DNA of 64,000 nucleotides from Octopus sinensis (GCF_006345805.1 NC_043000.1:20584001-20648000); one strand, 5' to 3'. Numbered from the stretch's first letter, positions 21,537-35,009 are shown. The notes: a model not told the origin generated them from the letters alone. Numbers and translations are program-made.

Positions 21537-24500
21537 CGCTTTAAAAGTAACAATTAAATAAAAAGCAAAACGGCAGACAAGGAGAAAAAGAAAAAAAAAA
21601 CATTTAAAAATCGGGACCTTTTTAATTTTTTAATGAAAACTATGACTTTTTACTGTGGAGGCGCGTGGCTTAGTGGTTAGAGTGTCAACATCATGATCCT
21701 AAGATTGTGGTTTCGATTCCTGGACCGGGCGACGCGTTGTGTTCTTGAGCAAAACACTTCATTTCACGTTGCTCCAGTCCACTCAGCTGGCAAAAATGAG
21801 TAACGCTGTGAAGGACTGGCGTCCCATCCAGCTGGAGAACACATACGCCACGGAAACCGGGAAACGGGGCTCCATGAGCCTGGCTAGGCTTTAAAAAGGG
21901 CGCATTTATTTATTGTGGAGGTGCAATGGCCCAGTGGTTAGGGTAGCGGACTCGCGGTCAGAGGATCGCGGTTTCGATTCCCGGACCGGACGTTGTGTGT
22001 GTTTATTGAGCGAAAACACCTAAAAAGCTCCACGAGGCTCCGGTAGGGGGTGGTGGCGACCCCTGTTGTACTCTTTCGCCACAACTTCCTCTCACTCTCT
22101 CTTCCTGCTTCTTGAGTAACGCTGCGATGGACTGGCGTCCCGTCCAGCTGGGAGGAACACACCGCCACAGAAACCGGGCGACGTTTATGGTTTTTTTTAT
22201 TACTTTCTACTAAGTAACTTTTCTTGCTTCTTTATTGGCAAATTTTTCAATGACATTGCAAAATTTATTTCGTCTGTCGATTGTCGCTAAGATTTCTAAA
22301 CTGTAAGGTGTTCGTTGTAGATCTTAAATCATTTTTGATCAGTTTTAGTTCTGAAAAACTCCTCACACACGTAGCAATACTAACATCAACTGTGAGGAAA
22401 ATCTGCTGCGTTGTTATATTTGGAACCGAGCTTCAAATGTTATACATTTGAATAAACTGCAGAAGTTTAATCGGGCATTCATTCAACGTTTGTTTCCCAT
22501 CTTTAAAAGTAACCACAGAGATAAAATGCCGAAGTAGTTTTCTGTCAATGATGAACTCCTCTTTAGCAATATTGTTATGACCTTTATGTGCTTGACACTC
22601 ATTATCATTATCCAAAAAATTCATTGTCAACGGAGAAAACGTCTCTGTCCCCAATCGTATGGCGATTGAGTTTCTTGTGATCCTTCGTCAAATATTTGTT
22701 GCTTCATTTTGGGTTGACGCATTGCAAATTTCTTTGGCATTATTAACTCCTTTACTTACTAGCTTGTCCCTTTCGATACACCCTATAAGTGTATGTACAG
22801 CATAACTAAAAGTGCGGACCGTCCCTCACTCTTCGTCCCCTCACTCCGTTACGTTACTGTCAAAAGGATAGGTTTTTCTTTTTTCCTACTTTGGGGCCAT
22901 TATCCGCTTGCACACTACTGAAAATATCGTTTATTAAAGCTACAGGCCGTCCAAAATGTTTATTATAGCTACAGGTCAACCAAAGCCGTGTAACTGAAAA
23001 TTTGGCGTGAAGAGATTGTGTAGCACTCTGTCAGAGAGAGTGTCGTTGGTCTTGGGAGGTAGACTTAATGCCTCGTGTTTAAAATAAAAAAAAACCTCAT
23101 GGATACTGGGCATCTGTATCTCAGAGGAGCCCACCCTGTTGCAATTATTTGAGGCTAACTTCCATCCTTGTTCCACCACTTTGGATTGCTCTCAAAAAGG
23201 ATTACGGACGTTTCTTTCTTCTCTGATTAAATGATAAAATTAAAAATTGAATTTAACTTTCGATGTTTCTGTTCTTCTTCGTACTCCGATATATTCCACA
23301 ATTAGCTATTTTCTTTAATTATATTTATAGCAATTCACTTAAAGTATTTTTAATTCTGGATAATTTTAATAACTTACGTCACAGCAGAATTTGCAAATTA
23401 GTTCCAGTTCACAGTTGCTTTTGTGAATTTCTAGGACATACATCTGTTCGTGCAGACTTACAACATGTAAGTAGTTAGCCGACCGAATCTATTGCCTCAT
23501 GTATACAAATCAGAGTCTCCGAGAGAAATTTGACCAGGCAAAACACAACTGCTTTCGGGCCACCGAATGGGTCTTTACTCACAAAATTCAAGGTACTTAT
23601 AAATCTTTTCTTTTCTTAGTTTTTGGTACTGTTGAGTCTGGAGAATGGTGGACGTGAAAGAATATTTCAGATTTAAAAGTTTGTTTCGTGCAGAGTCGCT
23701 GCTTGCAGATTTTTCCATGTGCATTTAATTTAACAGACTATGTTATTTTACCGTTTTCTGTGTATTTCTATCGTTGTGGCCATTTCGTTTTATTTTTCTT
23801 TCTTTTATTTATTTATTTTAATACGAATGAGGGGAATTTGCAAGAAACTTGGCGATTGTTTCTAAGAGATCAACTGGCTATGCAAAGGCTCCTTCGTAGG
23901 CTCGTCAATTAACAGTTTTGTTTATATTTAATTTTATTAGTTTTACACTTTACGTTTTTGTATCGCGATATCTCAACCACATGATGTCGCGCCTTGGCGA
24001 CTGCTTCAACTGACGATACCGTCAGTCGGCGTTTTTCCGTGCAACACCTTTTATTTGTTCAAATACATGTTATTGGCTTGTAGTGACGCCTGGTTTCGTA
24101 TTTTTGTGTCTAACTACCAGCCCTGCTGCTTCCACACCAAGACATCCAGGCTACCGATGTCCAGAGATGAAATGTTTATACAGGCGAAATAAATTATTAT
24201 TGTTATTTGTTCGGAGAGATCTTGTCCTCGCCTTTTCCTTCCATGAACTATGTATGGAATTGTGAAGCACCCATCCAGTGCCAACTCATTTCCTACAAGC
24301 TCAATCGTTTTGTCATTCTGTTAGTTCTAACGTGTCGTTTGTTGACTGGCCTCAGGTTAGTCCTCATCGACCAATGGTCAAAGCCACAAACGTTTCGACC
24401 TTTTTTTTTTTTTTTAGAAATAGTAAATACCTTGGTCTTCGTGATTCAATGTCTCCTTTATCAAAGCGGCTAAACCTAAATTTAATCTCCAAAACAGAAA

Positions 24501-24700
24501 ATTTACAAAATGAAAATTTAAGTTGTTTTGTATACATTCGAAAATATGCATTTCTAAAAAGGGGTACTTTTTGGTCATCTCAACCCCATTAAAAAAATGA
24601 GTTATCTCCCCCGCCCCCGTTTTATGAGAAATAGCGGTACTTTTGGTTATCACCTTCAACTAAAAAAATTGTTTGACCCTCAATAAAACAAAAAAAAAAT

Positions 24701-25545
24701 GAGAGTGGCTGTGTGGTAAGTAGCTTGCTTACCAACCACATGGTTCTGGGTTCAGTCCCACTGCGTGGCACCTTGGACAAGTGTCTTCTACTATAGTCTC
24801 GGGCCGACCAAAGTCTTGTGAGTGGATTTGGTAGGCGGAAACTGAAAGAAGCCCGTCGTATATATGTATATATATATATATAACGGGAAGGTTTACGAAA
24901 ATAAACAAAAGACGAAGGCAGGTGGAGTACAAACAAACAAATGTAATAGTATGGCGCTCAGGAATAGAAATAGAACAAGTCTTTTACGTTTCGAGCCTAC
25001 GCTCTTCGACAGAAAGATACACAGAAAAAAATAACAAGGAGAGAAAAACTGCGTGTAGGAGCTAACAATCTATCATGGTGTTCTGACTTCAGGTAGAGGT
25101 CAGATGTTAGACGCTAGAGGGACAGTAGGGGAGATAACAGGGTCAAGTGACTTCCAAAATGAAGGTGGCCCCAACACAAAGGTGTGTGTGTGTATAAGAG
25201 AGTATGTATGTGCGTGTGAAAGAGGGCTGGTGGTCTGGACGTGTGTATGTATGTATGTGTGGGTGTGGAGATATGGGGATGGGTGTCTGGGTGGTGTGTT
25301 GTGATGTGATATGTGTAGGTGTAAAGATGTGGTGATGGGTGTGGTATGTGTGTGTGTATATGTTTGTGTATCTGTGTTTGTCCCCCCACCATCGCTTGTG
25401 TGTTTACGTCCCCGTAACTTAGCGGTTCGGCATAAGAGACCGATAGAATAAGTACTCGGCTTACAAAGAATAAGTCCTGGGGTCGATTTGCTTGACTAAA
25501 GGCGGTGCTCCAGCCTGGCCGCAGTCAAATGACAAAACAAAAGTA
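24701..25545 (+). mobile_element. SINE family B with a Penelope-LTR-like insert (~24882-25370) in its (TA)n
   Basis: Family-B halves flank an unrelated block that also occurs at ~44875 and ~60015. Confidence 0.75.
24980..25017 (-). ncRNA. Minimal type-I hammerhead-like motif with a variant core
   Basis: TCTTT CTGTCGA A GAGC gtag GCTC GAAA CG T A AAAGA: helix I, helix II and palindromic helix III (ACGT). Confidence 0.55.
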
Positions 25546-25776
25546 AAAGATAAATCATATTTGAGTATGTGAAAGTAATATTATAACGGTACCCATGGTA
25601 GTTACTAATAATTTGGTTTGACTTTGTTATTACAAATGATATGACTTGATGTAAACACTAACCCTCCTCTCCTAACTTCATTTACGCGGATTCTTTGGCA
25701 AAGATTAGGGGTAGTTTGTTGCATTTAACTTGAGTCGAAAACTCTAGTACAGTGCGTCGCTTCTAAACAACACACA

Positions 25777-26250
25777 ATGGAGTGGCTGTGTGGTAAGTAG
25801 CTTGTTTACCAACCACATGGTTCTGGGTTCAGTCCCACTGCATGACACCTTGGGCAAGTGTCTTCTACTATAACCTCAGGCTGACCAAACCCTTGTGAGT
25901 GGATTTGGTAGACAGAAACTGAAAGAAGCCCATCGTATATATGTATATATATATATGTGTGTGTGTCTGTGTTTGTCCCCCCAAAGCCTTGTAAGTGGAT
26001 TTGGTAGTCGGAAACTGAAAAATGCCTGTCGTGTGTGTGTGTGTATGTGTGTGTCAGTGTTTGTCCCCCCAACATCGCTTGACAACCGATGCTGCTGTGT
26101 TTACGTCCGGGTAACTTAGCGGTTCGGCATAAGAGACTGATAGAATAAGTACTAGGCTTACAAAGAATAAGTCCTGTGGTCGATTTGCTCGACTAAAGGC
26201 GGTGCCCCAGCCTGGCTGCAGTCAAATGACTGAAACAAGAAAAAGAATAA
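25777..26250 (+). mobile_element. SINE family B with a partial internal duplication
   Basis: ccttgt(g/a)agtggatttggtag...gaaactgaaa occurs twice. Confidence 0.8.
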
Positions 26251-26335
26251 AAGAATATATATATAAATATTTATTTATTCATTTATACGCATACATATAT
26301 GCATACTTACATACATACAAACAGACAGACAGACA

Positions 26336-27830
26336 GAAGAGAAACTGTGTACTGTTGTAGAAATTAGCTGCCCAGTGGATGTTAACATAAAGCTGAAGAT
26401 CAGTGAAAAAGAGAATACTTAGGCTGAACTATTGAGAAATCTGCAGTTACTCTATCTAGGTTACAAGTTCAGGTTTATACCTGTAATTATTGAGGCCCTG
26501 GAATATGTAACACTGCCTAAATACCAAACTTCTCAAAACCAGAAAGGAGAAAGCTAATTCGAAGACTATAGATCCAATCCATCACTGCAACTGTAAAAAT
26601 CTGTAAAACTTTCCAGAAGTCTATCATTTAAATATATATAAGCATGTCTAGATATGGAAGTATATGCATGAGAATACATACATACAGCAAAACGTACAAA
26701 TCTGCACACATACATACATACATACATACATACATACATACATACATACAACTACAGCTACTCTATCCAGATTACAAGTTCAGGATTATACCTGTAATTA
26801 TTGGAATTCTGGGATATGTAACACACAGCCTAAATACCAATCTTGAGAAATTAAGCTTCTCAAAACCGGAAAGGAGAACGCTAATTCGAAGGCTACATAC
26901 AGATCCAATCCATCACTGGAACTGTAAAAATCTGTAAAACTTTCCAGAAGTTTATCATTTAAGTATATATGAGCATGTCTAGATATGTAACTCTATCGTG
27001 GCACTCCGTCGGTTACGACGACGAGGGTTCCAGTTGATCCGATCAGCAGAGAAGATTCAGCGTGACACAGAATGTGACAAGGCTGGCCCTTTGAAATACA
27101 GGTACAACAGAAACAGGAAGAGTGAAAGAAAGTTGTGGTGAAAGAGTACAGCAGGGTTGGCCACCATTCCCTGCCGGAGCCTCGTGGAGCTTTAGGTACT
27201 TTCACTCAATAAACACTCACAACGCCCGGTCTGGGAATCGAAACTACGATCCCACGAGTCTGCTACCCTAACCACCATTGCACTTCCACTATGAAACTCT
27301 AGGCATGAGAATACATACATAAAACAAACAAATCTGCACATACACACATACACACATACATACATACATACATACATACATACATACATACATACATACA
27401 TACATACAATCAAAAATACCCTGTTGTTGATGTTGAAATTCCAATGAAGGAGCCTTGAATTTAGGTTAGAAACCGATTCTTTCTCTGTTGGCAAGAAATC
27501 TTGAAATAAACTGAATAATGACATGCATACATACATACATACATACATACATACATACATACATACATACATACATACATACAAAAATACCCTGTTGTTG
27601 ATATTGAAATTCCAATGAAGAAGCCTTGGATCTAGCTTAGAAACCGATTCTTTCTCTGTTGGCAAGAAATCTTGAAATAAACTGAATAATGACATACATA
27701 CATACATACATACATACATACATACATACATACATACATACAAAAATACCCTGTTGTTGATATTGAAATTCCAATGAAGGAGCCTTGGATCTAGGTTAGA
27801 AATCTTGAAATAAAACTGGTTAATGACATA
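26336..27830 (+). mobile_element. Stack of 5'-truncated 3' ends of an RLE-type (R4/Dong-like) non-LTR element separated by (TACA)n
   Basis: Translation from 26336 gives EEKLCTVVEISCPVDVNIKLKISEKENT*AELLRNLQLLY..YKFRFIPVII; the second copy gives LQLLYPDYKFRIIPVIIGILGYVT. This resembles the restriction-like endonuclease C-terminus. 3'-UTR units at ~27412, 27582 and 27742. Confidence 0.7.
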
Positions 27831-27949
27831 CATGGAGAGAGTCACGTATGTATGTTGGCCAAGAATTAAATACGTACATCTTCGTGTGGGGTGGGAGATG
27901 ACAATTAAGAATGTCCTGTTTCAGTACCTAGAGAATTGAGAATATTCCG

Positions 27950-28150
27950 TTCATGGTAGACGAGTGATTCTTTTTAATCCAAGGTCGAGCAGCCGGCCAA
28001 GAATCCTGTATTTCTCTCTCTTCTCAGGAACGTCTCTCAACCTGTATTTCATGCATCTCGTCTCTCTGCACACGCAAGCTTGGCGCGCATCTCAATTTAA
28101 GGTCATATTTTGGCGGGAAGCCACGGAATACTAAACCTACTAAATTAGGA
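27950..28150. promoter_or_regulatory. Candidate E2F-type promoter element
   Basis: ttttggcgggaa (28108-28119) and ttggcgcgc (~28080) in apparently unique, CpG-containing sequence. Confidence 0.3.
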
Positions 28151-28789
28151 GGTTCTCAATCACATTTTATCTTTGATTACTGTTTTATTCCGGTGGACTC
28201 TCATAGCCATTCAATGTTTAAAAACTAGTTCTATAGATACTTCTTTTAAAATTTCCTATTTTGTCTTTCACGCCTTAACTTGTTTAAGGTGAACTATGTT
28301 CGATAAAGAAACCTAGCTGTTTTCGTAATACATACCAATACACATATCTAAAGCAAAAGTTTTTTCAGGGGCCCTCAAGATATTATTGTGGATCTCAATT
28401 TGCTATTTTGTTGCATGGAAACTCCCCCACCACCACCAAAAAAGAAATATTTTTTGGACCCTAAGAGGCCATATAGACCCTGGTTGCGAACTACTGTACT
28501 AAACAATAATTAAAAGAGTAGGTAACTCGGTTAATCAAAGAGCTAAAAGATTCCTCACCAAAACCGACAGAGATCCATTTATGTAACTTGATCAACAAAT
28601 ATCAAATTTCCTTTCCATGTCATACAGACTTATAAGGGCTGGTTTCCCAGTTTCCATCGAGTATAAATTCCCCACCAGGACGGGACGCCGGTCCATCGCA
28701 GGATTATTCATTTTTGCCAGCTGAGTAGACTGGAGCAACGTACTCAAGAACACAACGCGTTGCCCAGTCCAGGAATCGAAACCACAATC

Positions 28790-29387
28790 TTTTTTTTTCC
28801 TACTCTAGGCACAAGGCTCGAAATTTTTGGCGAGGGGGTTCAGTACGCAACTGGTACTTAATTTATCGACCTCGAAAGGATGAAAGGCAAAGTCGACATG
28901 GTGGAATTTGAACTCAGAACGTAAAGATAGACGAAATACCGCAAAGCATTTCGCCCGATGCGCTAATGTTTCTTATTTCTTTATTTCCACAAGGGGCTAA
29001 ACATAGAGGGGACAAACAAGGACAGACAAACGGATTAAGTCGATTACATCGACCCTAGTACGTAACTGGTACTCAATTTATCGATCCCGAAAGGATGAAA
29101 GGCAAAGTCGTCCTCGGAGGAATTTGAACTCAGAACGTAACGACAGACGAAACACCTATTTCTTTACTACCCACAAGGGGCTAAACACAGAGAGGACAAA
29201 CAAGGATTGACAAAGGGATTAAGTCGATTATATCGACCCCAGTGCGTAACTGGTACTTATTTAATGGACCCCGAAAGGATGAAAGGCAAAGTCGTCCTCG
29301 GCGGAATTTGAACTCAGAACGTAGCGGCCAACGAAATACCGCTAAGCCTTTCGCCCGGCGTGCTAACGTTTCTGCCAGCTCGCCGCC

Positions 29388-29389
<2 letters not shown>
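28790..29389 (-). mobile_element. SINE family A trimer (head, tail-B unit, tail-B unit, tail-A end)
   Basis: Reverse complement of the same head, central block and both tail types; two internal junctions. Confidence 0.85.
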
Positions 29390-29459
<70 letters not shown>

Positions 29460-30343
29460 ATATACATTATATAAATGTGTGCTTGTTGAGAGTGCGTGCG
29501 TCCGCGCGTGTGCGTGTGTATGTTGTGTGTAGGCGTCGACCTGGCGGCTGTGTGGTTAAGTATCTTGCTTCCTAACCATGCGGTCTTGGGTTCAGTCCCA
29601 CTGCGTGACACTTTGTGCCAGTGTCTTCAGCTATAGCCTCGGGTCGACTAAAGACTTGTGAGTAGATTTGATAGATAGAAACTGAAAGAAGCTCGTTGTA
29701 TAGGCGCGCGTGTTTTTGTGTGTGTGTGTGAGCGCGTGCGTCGTTTTGTCTGTTCCCCACCACCGTTTGACAAGTGATGTTGGTTTGTTTACATCCCCGT
29801 AACTTAGCAGCTCGACACAAGGTGCCCATAGATTAAATGCTAGACTTCAAAAGATATGTACTGGAGTCGATCTGTTTTGCGAAAACACTTCGAGGCTCTA
29901 GCATGGCCGCAGTTCAATGTCTGAAACAAGTTAAAAGATAAAAATTATTCCATCCCTTTTTACAACCTTTTACAACCATAACCCCTCCCCACTACACACA
30001 CACACCTTTCTTCGTCTTTAGAGACTTGGATTTTGTTTACATTCCTGCTTTTGTGTGCGGTGGGTGGGATATACACAGCCATGTGTCTGTTTTCGTTTTC
30101 TATCATTGATAAAAAACCCATCAGCCAACCGATGAAGCCGTCAATGGGGCTCCAGCTGTTTTTTTCTTCCTCTTTTTTCTTTTTCTTACTCACAGCGGGG
30201 TTTGGAGCAAAAAACATTTTGGTGGGGGTTTGTGTAAAAACTAGAAAAATTTTACTTAAGAAAAAAAATGTTTTTTATTCTAGTAAATAACTGTACATAT
30301 TTGTTTTAAATCTCTGAGCGAGATATGCCTAGATATGCAAGTA

Positions 30344-31183
30344 CTAGCTGACGTACCCGGTAATTCCCGGGAAAGAGGGGGCTTATCTCTTGGTTCCGTT
30401 TTCATAATTGTTTCGCTAATCCAATAATAACAATACAAAGTATATAGCCCTTTAAATGGTTTTTGTGCATTTACAGAGTATACTGAAATGTCTTACACAG
30501 TATTTCGTTTCTAGGAAATCCCAATAAATTATGAATACCGAAATTGTGAAGACAGTTATGTAATAACATGAAATTTGTTACCCGATAGTAAGAATCCAAA
30601 TAAAGTAGATCCGAAAAGGGCTTTAATGCATTCCCAGACTATATAGAACTTAGGAGGAAATACTAATAAGGTATGTCTACTAAAATCGCGAAGCATGTTA
30701 CGCAATAACAGGCTAATCAGATATGGGATAATAATTCAAAGTAAATAACTCTGAAAAGGGCTTTTTTGCGTTCCCAAAGAATATTACCCTCAGCGGCGCT
30801 AGTGTTGGTATATTCGTGAATAAGTCACTAACCGAAATAAGTGGATCTATTGTTTAGGAAAATACTATTTAGTTGTTTCAGTGTTGCACTGTATAAATTG
30901 CGAAAACATCTCAGTTCAAATACTAAGAAATAAGCATACTCAATTTGATTTATACCAAATGATTTAGGAAAATGAATGGGTTATTTCCCTTGGCTATATA
31001 TAAGGACCTTTTCCAGGGTCCCTATTATCGATTTTTTTTCAACAATCTGAGTATGCTATGAGGTTTCCAGACATGACTTCTACTCACGCGTCAAGTTTCA
31101 TCAAAATCGATAAAACGATATAGAAGTTAGCTATCAACTCCACAAACACACCCACAGACATAATTTCCCTCTTATGTAGTAGA
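30344..31183 (-). mobile_element. Non-autonomous Helitron
   Basis: Minus strand: A|TC 5' end (31183), subterminal hairpin cccgg-gaatta-ccggg, CTAG|T 3' end (30344). Confidence 0.75.
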
Positions 31184-31344
31184 TATGCAACATAAAACAA
31201 AACATGAAAATCTGCACATATACATAACACACATAACATACGTACATACACACATACATACATACATACATACATACATACATACATACATACATACATA
31301 CATACATACATACATACATACATACATACATACATACATACATA

Positions 31345-31780
31345 GGTTTCTCAAAACCAGAAAGGAGAAAGCTAATTCGAAGACTACAGATCCAATCCAT
31401 CACTGGAACTGTAAAAACCTGTAAAACTTTTATCATTTAAATATGTATGAGCATGTCTAGATATGCAACTATATGCATGCGAATACATACATAAAACATA
31501 CGTACTAACAAAAATATCTTGTTGTTGATATTGAAATTCTAATGAAGGAACCTTGAATCTAGGTTAGAAACGGGCTTTCTCTATTGGCAAGAAATCCTGA
31601 AATAAAACTGAACAATGACATACATACATACATACCTACATACATACATACATACATACATACATACATACATACCTTGTTGTTGATGTTGAAATTCCAG
31701 TGATGGAGCCTTGGATCTAGGTTAGAAATTGGCCTTTCTCTATTGGTAAGAAATCTTGAAATAAACTGGTTAATGACATA
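31345..31780 (+). mobile_element. Two further 3' fragments of the same RLE-type element between (TACA)n tracts
   Basis: ggtttctcaaaaccagaaaggagaaagctaattcgaag... and ...gaaataaactg..aatga|catacatac. Confidence 0.7.
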
Positions 31781-32267
31781 CATGTAGAGAGTCACGTATG
31801 TATGTTGGCCAAGAATTAAATACGTACATCTTCGTGTGGGGTGGGAGATGACAATTAAGAATGTCTTGTGTCAGTATTTAGAGAAGTGATATTGTTTAAA
31901 CTACAGAAAATTGTTAGGCAGGACTAGTTTGGAATTTTGTTTGTTTGAATTATCCCACAGGTTTTATTTTTAAAATTCTGCATAGCATGGCTATGTGGTA
32001 AGAGGCTTGCTCCCCAACTACATGGTTCTGTGTTCGGTCCCATTGCATGGCACCTTGAGCAAGTGCCTTTTACCATAGCTTTGGGCCGACCAAAGCCTTG
32101 TGAGTGGATTTGGTAGACGGAAACTGAAAGCCGCCCGTCGAATATATATATATATGCATGTATATCTATGTGTATGAGTCTTTCGTATGTGTTTGTCCCC
32201 CCACCACCACCACCGCTTGATAACTGGTGTTGGCGTGTTTGCATCCCTGTAACTTAGCGGTTCGGCA

Positions 32268-32347
<80 letters not shown>

Positions 32348-35009
32348 TGAGTTAGTGAGTGAGTTAGTGAGTAGGTTTGTCAGCCTTCTTGCATAATGTT
32401 GAAACTTCATTCATTTTAGAAATTCTACCGTATTTATGATATTCTCTATTTCACTGCTTGCTGTGTGGAGCGCCAATGGTGGAGTATCTCAGTCTGTTCA
32501 GCTGTCTTTCGACTCATTCCGAAGAACAAAAAGAAAACCTTATTCTTAATTTATAGCCAATCACGTTGCTATACATCACGTACTATACAATATTGTTTAT
32601 TTTGCTTCTGTCAGATTTAGAGGATGCACTTGTGGTTAATTATATATTGTTCGTTGGTTGTTCACAATGTGAGGTAGGTTGTGTGTGAAGACAATGACCC
32701 CACTAAAGTTTAATTTTAATTGAGTTTTCAAATATCTTATTAACCCGCCTCGTTATATTTACAAGTATACATCCAATATATTAATGGATCAAAGTTCGAC
32801 GAACATAAGGATGGGGCAACTTTTGTTTATAACTAACTGGATAATATTATGAAAGTATTGCAAGGAATTTAGATTTCTACTTATAATCAATGTGCATTAC
32901 TCGACATAGAGTTTAAGATTGATGCCTTTCGTCCAATACGATATGAGCATGTTACATAAGAGAATTCAAAGAAAGGAAGAGAGAGCATTTTACTGGAAAA
33001 TATCTCTAGCCCATTAAACAAAGTGAATAGGTTAGTGTGATGAGGGACTAACGTACAGAAGGAAAGCAATATGATTCGTGTAAATCTGAGGTAGTTCTTC
33101 CTAAAGTTGAATTCTCCTTTTTATTACTGTTGGCCTAAAAGTTCTAGAATCTTCGGTCAAACTGTTTGGCGAGAAAACTTGCAAACTTCTTTTGAAGTAT
33201 GCTGCATCAACCATAATAAGTCAGCCAGTACGGAGTGGTTGAACCATATTCCCGTAGGTGTAAATACTGTTTATGGTGACATTTTCCCTTTTATGGAGAT
33301 GCATTGGGTCGTGGTTTTGGACGAGGAAAATCTAAGAGCTATGGTTCAAAACGCAGCAGGGACATCGCTACTGTTTCGACGTTGAAAAATGTTTTTTAGA
33401 ATGATTTGCCTTACTTTTTTAATAAGTGTACAAAAGGAAATATAATTTTATTGCTTTTGTCTTATTTGAGCGCAGAGATATTTTCAGAAAATTTTGAAAG
33501 ATAGATTTTTATTAATATCCTGTAACGATAAGTATCCCAGGTTTTTTCGTCTGAAAGTAGTTCTTTGAAATCTTTTTTAAGAGATATATTTACTGTTTTA
33601 TCAAGCAGCTCAACCATTGTTCACCAATTTTAATTTGTTTTTGTAAGGAGAAGAACGATTGATTTACTTACTAGACAGTAAATTTTCTTATGAATCTTTG
33701 AGATATCTTTGAGAAATTAGGTACATTTAATCATGCCTTGTCTGAAAAATGAAATAAAAGATGAAGAAAATCATCTCGGCTGATACATTTCTAAAGAATG
33801 TATCATTAATTTCTCAAAAGAGTAAAAGTTTAGTTTCTTTTATACAGTGTTTTCAATATATCAAGTCGAAAAGTCTTAAGGTGAGTTTCTAGGCTTTCAA
33901 ATGATGCCATATAATATATTTTCCACGTGGCTTGGGATGAAGCTTTAGTTTCTAAATGCGTAGTTAATGTAAATGTAGCATCGAATGTGAATGATCGTGA
34001 TGCAAAATAACATTGATATGTCATAGAGTTATTTACAATCTTTGTCACCAAAAGATAGCAGGAAAAGATTTAAGAATCTATCTACTGTCGTATAGATTTT
34101 ACTCATGTTTCTGTATGCTAATGTTAAAGAAGAATGTACGTTCAATGAAATTAAGCTTAACAATACTTTAAGTAGATGAAGGCTTAAGGTAAATGGTGCG
34201 TTGTCCTTCTCTCATTACAATAACACTGAAAGATATAGAGCCATGATATAAATATATGTTACCAAGGAACAAGTTAATGAGTGCAAGGAAGGCAGCCACG
34301 GAGTAAACTGTAGAATATTTCGTCCACAATATTATAGCATTGGACGTGTTAAATGGTATTAAAGGCGTGAAAGGTGGCGAGCTGGCAGAAACGTTAGCAC
34401 GCCGGGCGAAATGCGTAGCCGTATTTCGTCTGCCGTTACGTTCTGAGTTCAAATTCCGTCGAGGTCGACTTTGCCTCAACCACATGGTTCCGGGTTATGT
34501 CTCACTGCGTGGCACCTTGGGCAAGTGTAGCCTCGGGCCGAGCAAAGCCTTCTGAGTGGATTTGGCAGACGGAAACTGAAAGAAGCCTGCCACACACACA
34601 CACACATATATGTTTGTCTGTCTGTGTTTGTCCGCCTCCATCGCTTGACAACCGATGTTAGTGTGTTTACGTCCCCGTAACATAGCGGTTCGGCAAACGA
34701 CATTGATAGGATAATTTATCAGGCTTACGAAGAATAAGTCCTGGCGGCGATTTGTTCGACTAAAGGTGGTGCTCCAGCATAGCCGCAGTCAAATGACTGA
34801 AACAAGTAAAAGAATACCGTTCCTAATGATGTTTGGCTATAAAAATATAAGATTTTTTAAACATCGAATGGCAATGGAGGTCTGTCTGAGTAAAATAATC
34901 AAAGGGGTTCCCAGTTTACAAAAATGGTTGCGAGCCACTGATATAAGTATTGTGCTGTAAACCATATACCATTTTTGTGAGGCCTCCACTTCCTTTGATA
35001 CCTAAACAC

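Noticed and set aside
21915-21990. tRNA genes at SINE heads (also at 38799 and 13068)
   Set aside because: A and B boxes are present, but they run into SINE bodies with no proper acceptor stem or terminator; these are tRNA-derived heads only.
22250-24250. Non-repetitive-looking block with short ORFs (possible exons or an old DNA transposon)
   Set aside because: No recognisable domain and no consistent splice structure by eye.
32880-34100. Possible decayed transposase or recombinase (QPLFTNFNLFL..EERLIYLL; EWLNHIPVGVNT)
   Set aside because: Only vague resemblance to hAT or Crypton motifs, with many stops; needs a tBLASTn/HMM search before any call.
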